NCBI RefSeq assembly: GCF_000013905.1
Contig: NC_007969.1
Location: 2,430,001 to 2,462,000, forward strand
Origin: Psychrobacter cryohalolentis K5
GTDB lineage: Bacteria > Pseudomonadota > Gammaproteobacteria > Pseudomonadales > Moraxellaceae
DNA: 32,000 nt
Reading direction: 5' to 3'
A model generated the notes under the pieces. It had not been told where the DNA came from. It saw only the letters and a list, made by a program, of their open reading frames with translations, and did no database searches. Of this stretch, positions 9,546-18,222 are shown in pieces (position 1 is the stretch's first letter; every line of letters begins with the position of its first letter). The position numbers and the translations under genes were made by a program.

Positions 9546-10220
9546 TTAACCAAATCCAGTAGTTTTACCAAACAGACTCACCAGCCAGCTCATCAATGAC
9601 CACAAACCCCAACCGATAATGACAATGACAATGAGCCCCAACATATCAGGAATATGCAGATACAGCCAAGCAACTATTGGATTGCGCCAAAAAGCGCCAA
9701 AACGACTTTGCTGCTTATCTTCAAGTGATTGATGCAAAAACGGTCGATCGATATGGATGGTTTCGGTGATGCCATATTCGTTTTGTAGATGCTCATGCAC
9801 GATGCCTAAGGTCTTACGACTAGGACGAATAAAGATGTCAAGCAGCGTCCCGATACCCGGTACGATACCAACCACCATATCAATCAGTGCCAATCTAACA
9901 GCGGGCGTCATTTTATGTGCGGGTACACCGAGCTGACGACCCAATATAAATGCGTAACTTGTTAATGCCAGACCTGCTAAATCTCCTGCCAGCGGAATGG
10001 TCGAAAGCGCAGCATCTGCGCCCATGCCTTGCTTGGTGAAAGGCATACGTACGAGCGAATCCATGGTATTGGCAAATTTTGCCAATTTACGCTCCGTCTC
10101 AATCACCTGCTCACGCGTCAAACCATTCTCAGCCAATCTTGCCTCATAATCTATCTTAGAAGCACTATGCGCAGATGATTTCTTGGTCTTTAGTCTCGAA
10201 AATTTATTGAGCTTATCCAT
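9546..10220 (-). CDS. DUF4112 domain membrane protein
   Basis: [20 protein letters not shown] and [17 protein letters not shown] are typical of DUF4112 (recognised from memory). There is a C-terminal TM pair. The ATG overlaps the ubiA stop by 8 nt. Confidence 0.7.
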
Positions 10221-11136
10221 TAAAAGTCGTCCAGATACAAGCGATGGCTATAAGAACAAAAACGTAACGTCCTACCCATATATTGGCTAAAAATGCTTTA
10301 AAACAAGCCAAAGCATTACGACTGGCACACGCACTGTTTTGCTTAGCAAACATCATCGCGACTAACGCCAAGCCAAAGACTGGCGTAATACCTAAACTGG
10401 TCGGCGCAAAATAATGCCACATGACTGCGCCCATGATAACTAAAAACAACGTCTGTAGTAACGAGATGATAATCACATCATAACGATCAAATAATATCGC
10501 GGTTGATTTAACCCCTATCTTTATATCATCCTCTCGGTCAGCCATTGCATATTGAGTATCATAAGCAACTGTCCAACACATATAAGCAAGGAATAACAAC
10601 CAACACCAGATATCAGGCGCGCCTTGTATCGCGACATATGCCATCGGTATCGCCCAGCCGAAAGCCGCTGCCAAAAACACTTGCGGCAAATGCGTATAAC
10701 GTTTCATAAATGGATAAATAAACGCCAATATGACGGCACCAAACGACCAATAGAATACTTGAATGGGTAAAAACAGAAGCAAACTTGCACTTAATAATAC
10801 TAATACTAAAAAAGCTGCAATGGCCTCTTTAGCAGACAGACGTCCATCAGCTAACGGACGACCTTTAGTACGGCTTACGTGACCATCGACTTTACGGTCA
10901 GCAAAATCATTAATCGCACAGCCTGCTGCCCGCATCAATATCGCTCCAAGGGCAAAAATCACAAAGATACTTAAACTGGGTAGCCCTGCCGTAATGCCTG
11001 CACCTTGTTGCTGCGCCTGCCCCATCGCAGCGAATAATACACCCCATAATGTTGGCCATAGTAGCAGTTCAATACCTACTGGCTTATCAAAACGTGTCAG
11101 CTGAATATAAGCTTGTAGCTTGTCGTTAAATGTCAT
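10213..11136 (-). CDS. ubiA: 4-hydroxybenzoate polyprenyltransferase UbiA
   Basis: [21 protein letters not shown] is the first Asp-rich motif and [13 protein letters not shown] the second. The protein is polytopic. Confidence 0.92.
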
Positions 11137-11316
11137 GGCGTTTTAATTATCATGGATAGAAAATAGTAAATAATGATTTGGGTGTATAGCAATTTAGTAC
11201 ATAGAACTTGGCGTACGCTATAGTGAGTTCAATATAAAAGAGTTACTTTTAGAATAGCAGTACTGCATTCTTTTTAAATTGAATCGACTATACTTTTTTT
11301 GATACTAATAATGTCA

Positions 11317-11556
11317 CTAAACTTGTTGCCACATCTTATTGGCTTCAATGAGTGATAGCTCGGGATATTGCTTGCGTAAGGCTTTAATCGCAGCAACTTT
11401 CTCTTTTTGTGCAGCTTGCTGGCGTAAAAATGCCAATTGCTCTTTAGGATTACTTAACTCTTTTAGACGTGCTTCAAGGCGCAAGATTCTGGTACGCAGC
11501 ATAATATTGATTAACAATAACGCCGCACCCATCACCCAAATGATTAATACAGACAT
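11317..11556 (-). CDS. Small hypothetical membrane-anchored protein (79 aa)
   Basis: An N-terminal TM (VLIIWVMGAALLLINIML) is followed by a charged helical tail. It lies 40 nt downstream of rsmJ on the same strand. No family was recognised. Confidence 0.45.
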   Translation of the reverse strand: MSVLIIWVMGAALLLINIMLRTRILRLEARLKELSNPKEQLAFLRQQAAQKEKVAAIKALRKQYPELSLIEANKMWQQV

Positions 11557-11596
11557 TCCCTGCTCCTAAATTTATAAGCTGTCTTATTTGATATTA

Positions 11597-12496
11597 TTAA
11601 ACGAAATAACCGTCAAAACGTACTGCTTCATTATTCCAGCTTTCACTTGGCTGTTGATCAGCAAGTGACGGCGCAAATTGTGGACGCTTAACGATGACGC
11701 GACCTTGTTTTTGACCGTTTTGACTGACAACGGCTTGTGCAGATTGTAGTAATTGCTGCTCTTCATCTAACGTTGGCGGATGCGCTAATTGATGCAACGC
11801 TTGCATATGCTTACCGACTTTCGCGCCCTTCCCCGTCTTACTATCTTGATAACTGTCTTCTGGAAACATAGGGTCAAGATATATCACATCAATGGCTTGC
11901 TCGTTACCATTCCCTAGATAGTTATTAAACCTTGCAAAATAAGTGAGCGCATCGGTATTAATAATCTGCAAACGTGACATCAGCTTTTGCCAATTTGGCA
12001 GCGTACTCATACGCAGCTGCTCTACAAGTAACAATAACGCCATCAATGGCTGCTGCTCAAGCATGGTAACTTGTGCACCAGTACTCGCCAGTATCAGACT
12101 ATCATGCCCAAAACCAGCAGTTGCATCAATGACCTCACTATCTGCGGTCAATTTCGCTGCTTGTAATAAAAGCTCCGACTTACGCCCTGCACTGACTACG
12201 CGCCGCTGCAGTTTATCCCATTCGGGGGCAACGCTTAACCCCTCACTCAACCATGAAAGTTTATCTTTTTCATCCAACAGCAATATAGGTTGGGTAACTA
12301 TCTGACTTAACTGCTGGCGACGTTTTTGATTTAATTTCTCTGTCACCAGTTCAGCATTCAAAATAATGGGTAGCTTATGCTTAGCTATGAGTGCCTGCAA
12401 ACTCTCGACTTGACTTGCCTGCGTTTCATTAACATAAAGTAGTTGGCAGCTTATATCAGCAGTCAGCACTTGCTTCAAATTGGTCATGACTGCCAT
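11597..12496 (-). CDS. rsmJ: 16S rRNA (guanine1516-N2)-methyltransferase RsmJ
   Basis: VIDATAGFGHDSLILASTGAQVTMLEQQP, YLDPMFP and VIVKRPQFAPSL are collinear with E. coli RsmJ motifs (DATAGLGRDAFVLAS, YLDPMFP, VVVKRPDYAPPL). Confidence 0.85.
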   Translation of the reverse strand: MAVMTNLKQVLTADISCQLLYVNETQASQVESLQALIAKHKLPIILNAELVTEKLNQKRRQQLSQIVTQPILLLDEKDKLSWLSEGLSVAPEWDKLQRRVVSAGRKSELLLQAAKLTADSEVIDATAGFGHDSLILASTGAQVTMLEQQPLMALLLLVEQLRMSTLPNWQKLMSRLQIINTDALTYFARFNNYLGNGNEQAIDVIYLDPMFPEDSYQDSKTGKGAKVGKHMQALHQLAHPPTLDEEQQLLQSAQAVVSQNGQKQGRVIVKRPQFAPSLADQQPSESWNNEAVRFDGYFV

Positions 12497-12554
12497 TCCT
12501 TTTTAATACTTATAACATCATGAATCTCTATTAAAAACCATTCCATCATGAAGT

Positions 12555-13397
12555 TTAGCCTGCCATCTGATAACCAAAACCCCAAGCAGCTATTAAAACC
12601 AATACACCAGTGATAATACGCAACCATGCAAAGATTTTAAAGTCACGGCGACTGACCCAAGCGACCAATAAGCGAATACAAAGCAAGGCGATGATAAATG
12701 ATACGACAGTACCAATGCCTAGCACTAACCAATCTTCGCTACTGGTTAAAACGTCACGATGCTTAATAAAATCTAGTAGAGCCGCACCAATAATGACTGG
12801 AATACCCAAGAAGAATGAAAATTCAGCGGAAGCTTTACGTGAGACACCAAGCCACAGTGCACCAATAATCGTCGCACCTGAGCGTGATGTACCGGGTATC
12901 AATGCCAAACATTGCAGCAAACCTATCATCAAAGCTGTTTTTAGGCTAACGTCTTCTGCTTCTTCTGCAATAATGGCTTTCGGGCGATTTTCAACATAAA
13001 AGATCAGCAAACCGCCGATAATCAGCATAATCGCAACGACGATAGGATTGAATAAATAGGCTTTAATCTCGTCAGCAAAAGTAAAACCAACAATCATCAC
13101 TGGAATAGTGGCGACAATTAAGCTAAGTCCCAGCTGACGAGGATTACTCATCCCTTCTGCTTTACCCGTCAGCAAACCCATCAGTGCCTGCCAGAGTCTG
13201 CCCCAATAGTCATATATGACCGCTAAAATAGCGCCAAACTGCACCACCACCACAAACAAATCGACTTTTTCTTTGGTCCAAAAACCCATCAAATCAGCGG
13301 ATAAAATTAAATATCCTGTGCTCGAGATGGGCAAAAACTCAGTGATACCTTCAACGATACCCATGATGACAGCTTGAATTAATAAAATAATATCCAC
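12555..13397 (-). CDS. uppP: Undecaprenyl-diphosphate phosphatase UppP/BacA
   Basis: GIVEGITEFLPISSTGY and PGTSRSGATI are the BacA signature motifs. The protein is polytopic. Confidence 0.93.
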   Translation of the reverse strand: MDIILLIQAVIMGIVEGITEFLPISSTGYLILSADLMGFWTKEKVDLFVVVVQFGAILAVIYDYWGRLWQALMGLLTGKAEGMSNPRQLGLSLIVATIPVMIVGFTFADEIKAYLFNPIVVAIMLIIGGLLIFYVENRPKAIIAEEAEDVSLKTALMIGLLQCLALIPGTSRSGATIIGALWLGVSRKASAEFSFFLGIPVIIGAALLDFIKHRDVLTSSEDWLVLGIGTVVSFIIALLCIRLLVAWVSRRDFKIFAWLRIITGVLVLIAAWGFGYQMAG

Positions 13398-13523
13398 AAA
13401 ATTATTCCTAAGAAATTCCGAAAACAGTAAAGGCGTTTGTTTTATATTGTTATATTCATAATACTGTTATTGTCGCGTGCGAAACTTGAGAGCTTTATAA
13501 GCACTGAATATAGAAAGGTTACA

Positions 13524-14210
13524 CTAAGCCTTACCTTGTTCTTTGAGCGTTTTCCACGCTTGATTGCGTAAGTATTTCGGTAAAGCTTGCGCTGCTTCTG
13601 TTCCGCCATTGACCATAAACTGAGCCATACCCAGTTGTCCTATCACAGTCGCATCAGGATGGATATCAGCATGAATAATCTGACCGTCATGCAAAGTTAA
13701 TAAACCAGCACCATTGCCAACGATAGGAATATTGAGCACTGTCTGGCTATCATAATCAAGTAGCTGCTCAGTATCTTCGCCATTGTCTTGATTAACCGCC
13801 TGCATAATATTGTCTATTAGAGCATATTGCCCAAAATATACCTGCTGCATACGCGCATCAAGGGCACTATATACTGAGCTTAAACTCTGTTGCTGATACG
13901 CCGCTTGCGCAATCGCCTGTAAGCTAGAAACACCCACACAAGGAATATCATGCGCGACAGATAGCGCCTGTACCACTGCCGTATTGATTCGTATACCACT
14001 AAAGGCACCAGGACCACGATTAAAGATAAGCGCTTGTATGTCAGCCAGTTTTAGCTGCGCCTCAGATAATGCCGCGTCAATCATCGGTAAGATTTGCTGG
14101 GTCTGCTGGCGCTTACCTGTCTCGGTATGACTCGATAACGCTTGACCGCTGGCATCTAAAATGGCGATCGAACACTGATCGAACACGGTATCCATTGCTA
14201 AAAACATCAT
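13524..14210 (-). CDS. tsaB: tRNA threonylcarbamoyladenosine biosynthesis protein TsaB (YeaZ)
   Basis: LAMDTVFDQCSIAIL is the N-terminal ASKHA strand, followed by NRGPGAFSGIRINTAVVQALS. The exact start among M1/M2/M6 is uncertain. Confidence 0.85.
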   Translation of the reverse strand: MMFLAMDTVFDQCSIAILDASGQALSSHTETGKRQQTQQILPMIDAALSEAQLKLADIQALIFNRGPGAFSGIRINTAVVQALSVAHDIPCVGVSSLQAIAQAAYQQQSLSSVYSALDARMQQVYFGQYALIDNIMQAVNQDNGEDTEQLLDYDSQTVLNIPIVGNGAGLLTLHDGQIIHADIHPDATVIGQLGMAQFMVNGGTEAAQALPKYLRNQAWKTLKEQGKA

Positions 14211-14337
14211 AACCTCGGCTTATTCTCTTGACATCGTAAAACAGCGCCTATCATAGCATTTAGGAAAGATTAATTGACTCACTTTCTATATTTTTCATGC
14301 ATTCTTTGTGAGAATTCACTCAAATATTCAAAATATG

Positions 14338-14375
14338 AAAAAACCTCAAAACTCATTTAGCTTTGAGGTTTTTAT
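14338..14375. terminator. Rho-independent terminator downstream of ffh (symmetric A/T flanks)
   Basis: aaaaaacctcaaa ... tttgaggttttt: a 7-10 bp stem with U-runs on either strand. Confidence 0.75.
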
Positions 14376-14405
14376 TATCAATATTTCCCAGTAGCACTAA
14401 ATCAT

Positions 14406-15953
14406 TTAAAAACGTGTTTTAAACTTCTTCGGCGCTTGGTTTTGTAGCTCTTGCATCTGTTTTTGCATCTCTTCAGTGCTAGGCATATTATTTGGGTCAA
14501 GTCCCATCTGCTTTGCCATTTGCTGTGGGTTCACATCTTTAACACCACCTTGCTGACCGCCACCGCCGAATAATGGACCGCCGCCGCCTGCTCCACCGCC
14601 GCCGCCCATCAACCCTTGCATCGATTTCATCATTTTACTGATGCCTTCTGGCTTTGAAATCATTTTCATCATTTTTGCCATTTGCTTGTGCTGCTTGAGC
14701 AAACGATTGACGTCTTGAATCTCACGACCTGAGCCTGCAGCAATACGGCGCTTACGACTTGGATTGATTTTATCAGGATTTTTGCGCTCAAATGGTGTCA
14801 TCGAATTGATCAGTGCTTCCATCTCACGCACTTTTTCTTCAGGCTTAGCATCTTCGACCGCTTTTTGCATATCCGAGCCACCCATACCTGGCATCTTATC
14901 TAAGAAGCCCGCCATACCGCCCATGCTTTTCATTTGCTGAAACTGGGTCAATAGATCTTCAAGGTCGAACTCGCCGCCCTTTTGCATCTTTTTCGCCATT
15001 TTTTCGGCTTTATCACGGTCAATCTTTTGCTCAACTTCTTCAACCAGACTTAAGACGTCACCCATACCAAGAATACGCTGGGCAATACGTTCAGGATGGA
15101 ATAGCTCTAGCGCATCTAGTTTCTCACCGCGACCCAAGAATTTAATTGGCTTACCTGTGATGGCGCGTACAGAAAGCGCCGCACCGCCACGAGCATCGCC
15201 GTCAGTCTTGGTCAAAATAACGCCCGTTAATGGCAGCGCATCGTTAAAGGCTTTGGCAGTATTTGCCGCATCCTGACCAGTCATCGCATCAACAACAAAC
15301 AGTGTCTCAGAAGGATTGACCGCAGCGGTTAACGCCTTGATTTCATCCATCATGGTTTCATCAATAGCCAAACGACCAGCTGTATCAATAATCAAGATAT
15401 CTTGATATTGGATTTTAGCTTCTTCGATAGCACGCAAGGCGATATCAATCGGGTTTTCGTCGCTACTTGAATTGACGAACTTGGCATTTACTTGTCCAGC
15501 GACTTGCTCAAGCTGGGCAATCGCTGCGGGACGGTAAACGTCAGCAGATACCAGCATGACTTTTTTCTTATGACGTTCTTGTAAGAACTTGGCCAATTTA
15601 CCGGCAGTAGTAGTTTTACCAGCACCTTGCAGACCCGCTAGCAGATAAATAACCGGCGGCTTACCTGTCATCTCAAGCTGCTGATTGGCACTGCCCATCA
15701 TTTCAGTCAGCTCGTCATGGACGATTTTGACAAATGCCTGTCCTGGTGCTAATTCTTTAAGCACTTCAGCGCCAAGCGCTTGCTCTTTGACACGCTTCAC
15801 AAAATCACGAGTGACTGGCAATGCCACATCGGCTTCCAGCAGCGCCATACGTACTTCACGTAAAGTGTCTTTGATATTGTCTTCGGTCAATTGCCCCGTG
15901 CCTGCGATATTGCGCAGACTAGACGACAATCGTTCTGTTAAGGTATCAAACAT
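14406..15953 (-). CDS. ffh: Signal recognition particle protein Ffh, with a Gly/Met/Gln-rich C-terminal extension
   Basis: GLQGAGKTTT (G1), DTAGR, TKTDGDARGG, and an M-domain with methionine-rich segments. Confidence 0.95.
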   Translation of the reverse strand: MFDTLTERLSSSLRNIAGTGQLTEDNIKDTLREVRMALLEADVALPVTRDFVKRVKEQALGAEVLKELAPGQAFVKIVHDELTEMMGSANQQLEMTGKPPVIYLLAGLQGAGKTTTAGKLAKFLQERHKKKVMLVSADVYRPAAIAQLEQVAGQVNAKFVNSSSDENPIDIALRAIEEAKIQYQDILIIDTAGRLAIDETMMDEIKALTAAVNPSETLFVVDAMTGQDAANTAKAFNDALPLTGVILTKTDGDARGGAALSVRAITGKPIKFLGRGEKLDALELFHPERIAQRILGMGDVLSLVEEVEQKIDRDKAEKMAKKMQKGGEFDLEDLLTQFQQMKSMGGMAGFLDKMPGMGGSDMQKAVEDAKPEEKVREMEALINSMTPFERKNPDKINPSRKRRIAAGSGREIQDVNRLLKQHKQMAKMMKMISKPEGISKMMKSMQGLMGGGGGAGGGGPLFGGGGQQGGVKDVNPQQMAKQMGLDPNNMPSTEEMQKQMQELQNQAPKKFKTRF

Positions 15954-16186
15954 AAATAACTCTCAGTTAAAATAATTCTAGATTAAGCTTAACTCTTCAT
16001 AAATAAAAGAGTTGATAAATACTATTAGGGTATGCGATCGCAGGTATTCAAGCTCAATTGCTAAGCATTTATCAGGAATACATAAGACGGTGCTCAATTG
16101 AGTGCCATTTTATGATAAATTGGGTAATTATTCTAATAATACCACTTTAGCATGAAATTAAGCGCGTATTTTGCGCGCATTATGAG

Positions 16187-16993
16187 ATGAGGTTTTATAT
16201 CTTGCAACTTGCATTTTTACTTGCTGCGATGGCTTATTTCTTAGTCAGCATCTATATTGGTTGGGCGCTGATTCAAGATAGACCTATCCATAAAGGCCCA
16301 AGCTTAGGCTTATTATTTGTGGGCATGTTGGCACACGCAGGGCTACTTTATCCACACATAGTCACACTCTATGGGCTAAATTTCAATCTGTTTAATATCA
16401 TCAGCTTGATCAGCTTATTCTTTTTGTTTTTTTACGTCATGTTTTCTCTGTATCGACCTATTGTCAGTCTGGGTATCCTCGCGGCACCGACTGCTCTTGT
16501 AGGTATGCTAATCGGCTATACTGGACGCGCGCCGTATCGTCCGATTACGGATATTAGCATTGGGCTTGAGTCTCATATCTTGCTGTCGCTTGCCGCATAT
16601 TGTGTGCTGCTGATGGCAGCGGTACAAGCGCTATTTTTGCGACTACAAATACGTGAGCTCAAGCATCAATCGATTCACCGCTTTTGGGTCAACAAGCTGC
16701 CGTCTCTTCAAAGCATGGAGAGCCTATTATTCGATATGCTATTGGTCGGCTTTGTCCTGCTTAGTATCGCACTGGGTATTGGCTTTATTTACGTAGACGA
16801 CTTGATGGCGCAGCATCTTGTGCACAAAACAGCCTTTAGCCTGATGTCTTGGCTACTGTTTGGCGCGTTACTTATCGGTAATTGGCGTGCTGGATGGCGC
16901 GGAAAACGTGCCGCTAATATGACTATCTATGCTTTTATTTTATTAGCGATTGGCTTTGTCGGTAGCAAGTTTGTATTAGAGATGCTGTTATAG
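16187..16993 (+). CDS. ypjD: Cytochrome c assembly family inner membrane protein (YpjD-like)
   Basis: A polytopic 268 aa protein divergent from ffh, as ypjD-ffh is in E. coli. It has a CcsA-like hydrophobic pattern. Confidence 0.75.
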   Translation: MRFYILQLAFLLAAMAYFLVSIYIGWALIQDRPIHKGPSLGLLFVGMLAHAGLLYPHIVTLYGLNFNLFNIISLISLFFLFFYVMFSLYRPIVSLGILAAPTALVGMLIGYTGRAPYRPITDISIGLESHILLSLAAYCVLLMAAVQALFLRLQIRELKHQSIHRFWVNKLPSLQSMESLLFDMLLVGFVLLSIALGIGFIYVDDLMAQHLVHKTAFSLMSWLLFGALLIGNWRAGWRGKRAANMTIYAFILLAIGFVGSKFVLEMLL

Positions 16994-17019
16994 AACCAGT
17001 TCCACAGTAGTAATATAGT

Positions 17020-17061
17020 AAAAAGCTGCGAGTATTAAATAATAATACTCGCAGCTTTTTT
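17020..17061. terminator. Bidirectional rho-independent terminator (ypjD / purU convergent)
   Basis: aaaaagctgcgagtatta-aataa-taatactcgcagcttttt: a perfect ~18 bp stem with flanking A and T runs. Confidence 0.85.
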
Positions 17062-17114
17062 ATTAAATATCTTTTAATACTCTGTTCTAAATTTCAAACC
17101 ACTCTAATGAAAAC

Positions 17115-18038
17115 CTAATTAAATACTACCGTCTTATTCCCTGCGACAATCACGCGATTTTGTACATGCCAATTGACTGCGCGTGCCAATACATTACGCT
17201 CGATATCACGACCAATAGCGCGCAGTTCAGTGACACCTTGACGATGGGTGACGCGGTGCACATCTTGCTCAATGATAGGTCCTTGATCGAGCTCAGCAGT
17301 CACATAATGGGCAGTTGCGCCAATCAATTTCACCCCTTTATCATAAGCTTGACGATAAGGGTCAGCACCGACGAACGCAGGCAAGAACGAATGATGAATA
17401 TTGATAATCTGCATCGGCCAGCGCTTAACAAAGTCTGACGACAATATCTGCATATAGCGCGCTAGCACCAATAAATCATTACCCGCCATCAATGTATGGA
17501 TCTTCTCTTCTGCGTCTACTTTATTATCTTTGGTCACTGGAACGTGATGAAAAGCAATACCAAAGTTTTCTACGGATTGGCGTAAAACAATATGATTACT
17601 TACCACGCAGGTAATATCGCAATCGAGCAAGCCGCGCTGATGACGCCATAGTAAGTCTAATAAGGCATGATCAAATTTAGATACCAAGATACCAACTTTG
17701 GTCTTAATCGCATTGTCATGTAAGCGCCATTCCATACTGTGGCGTTTGGCAACGGTATGCGCAAAGCTGGCTTCAAAGTTATCGATAATCTCACTCAATC
17801 CTGCTAAAGCGAACTCTAAACGCATAAAGTATTGACCGCCTTCATGGGCCGTTGAGTACTGATCTAACGTAATGATATTGCCGCCATAGCGATGAATAAA
17901 CTCAGATACGGCTTGTACGATACCGGCTTGGTCACGGCATTTAATCAATAGGGTCGCTGTAGCAGTAATAGTAGGAATCTCTTTAGGTGTCATTTGAAGT
18001 GACGTTTTTGGTGAAGCAATCGTTGCGGTGTCTGACAT
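17115..18038 (-). CDS. purU: Formyltetrahydrofolate deformylase PurU
   Basis: An N-terminal ACT-like region (LLIKCRDQAGIVQAVSEFI) precedes a formyltransferase core (INIHHSFLPAF, ATAHYVTAELDQGPII). Confidence 0.92.
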   Translation of the reverse strand: MSDTATIASPKTSLQMTPKEIPTITATATLLIKCRDQAGIVQAVSEFIHRYGGNIITLDQYSTAHEGGQYFMRLEFALAGLSEIIDNFEASFAHTVAKRHSMEWRLHDNAIKTKVGILVSKFDHALLDLLWRHQRGLLDCDITCVVSNHIVLRQSVENFGIAFHHVPVTKDNKVDAEEKIHTLMAGNDLLVLARYMQILSSDFVKRWPMQIINIHHSFLPAFVGADPYRQAYDKGVKLIGATAHYVTAELDQGPIIEQDVHRVTHRQGVTELRAIGRDIERNVLARAVNWHVQNRVIVAGNKTVVFN

Positions 18039-18163
18039 AGTACGCTCAATTAAAAATAAAACTTGCTGCTTACTTTGAATATAGCTAACAGCATAGGAAA
18101 CCGACTATTCTAATCGTTTTTGCAAGAATTTGCTGATTGAGTTGGTTGTATTTGGTTATTGGG

Positions 18164-18217
18164 ATTATAAATACAAAAACCCCCAACGCGAGGGTTGGGG
18201 GTTTTTGTATTTATAAT
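18164..18217 (-). terminator. Terminator downstream of the Ig-like lipoprotein gene; extended 24 bp perfect inverted repeat
   Basis: attataaatacaaaaacccccaac-gcgagg-gttgggggtttttgtatttataat. It has a GC-rich core and a U-run. Confidence 0.85.
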
Positions 18218-18222
18218 TAATA

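Noticed and set aside
13441-13481. An AT-rich segment (tttatattgttatattcataatactgttattgtcgcgtgcg) superficially resembles a dif/Xer recombination site.
   Set aside because: Hand alignment to the E. coli/Acinetobacter dif consensus gives only about half the positions in either arm, which is not a credible dif site.
14228-14375. A possible intergenic sRNA between tsaB and ffh: a perfect TTGACA on the plus strand (14228-14233), with the bidirectional terminator ~110 nt downstream.
   Set aside because: No acceptable -10 lies at proper spacing; the best candidate is TATCAT at 15 nt. The terminator is already explained by ffh, and the region must also hold the tsaB promoter on the other strand.
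16052-16106. GCTCAATTG occurs twice, 40 bp apart (16052-16060 and 16092-16100), in the ffh/ypjD divergent promoter region. The second copy sits inside the palindrome ggtgCTCAATTGAGtgcc. This is a possible operator.
   Set aside because: A 9-mer repeat in a ~230 bp AT-rich spacer has a non-negligible chance expectation (about 0.1). I know of no regulator with this motif. It is kept only as a note.
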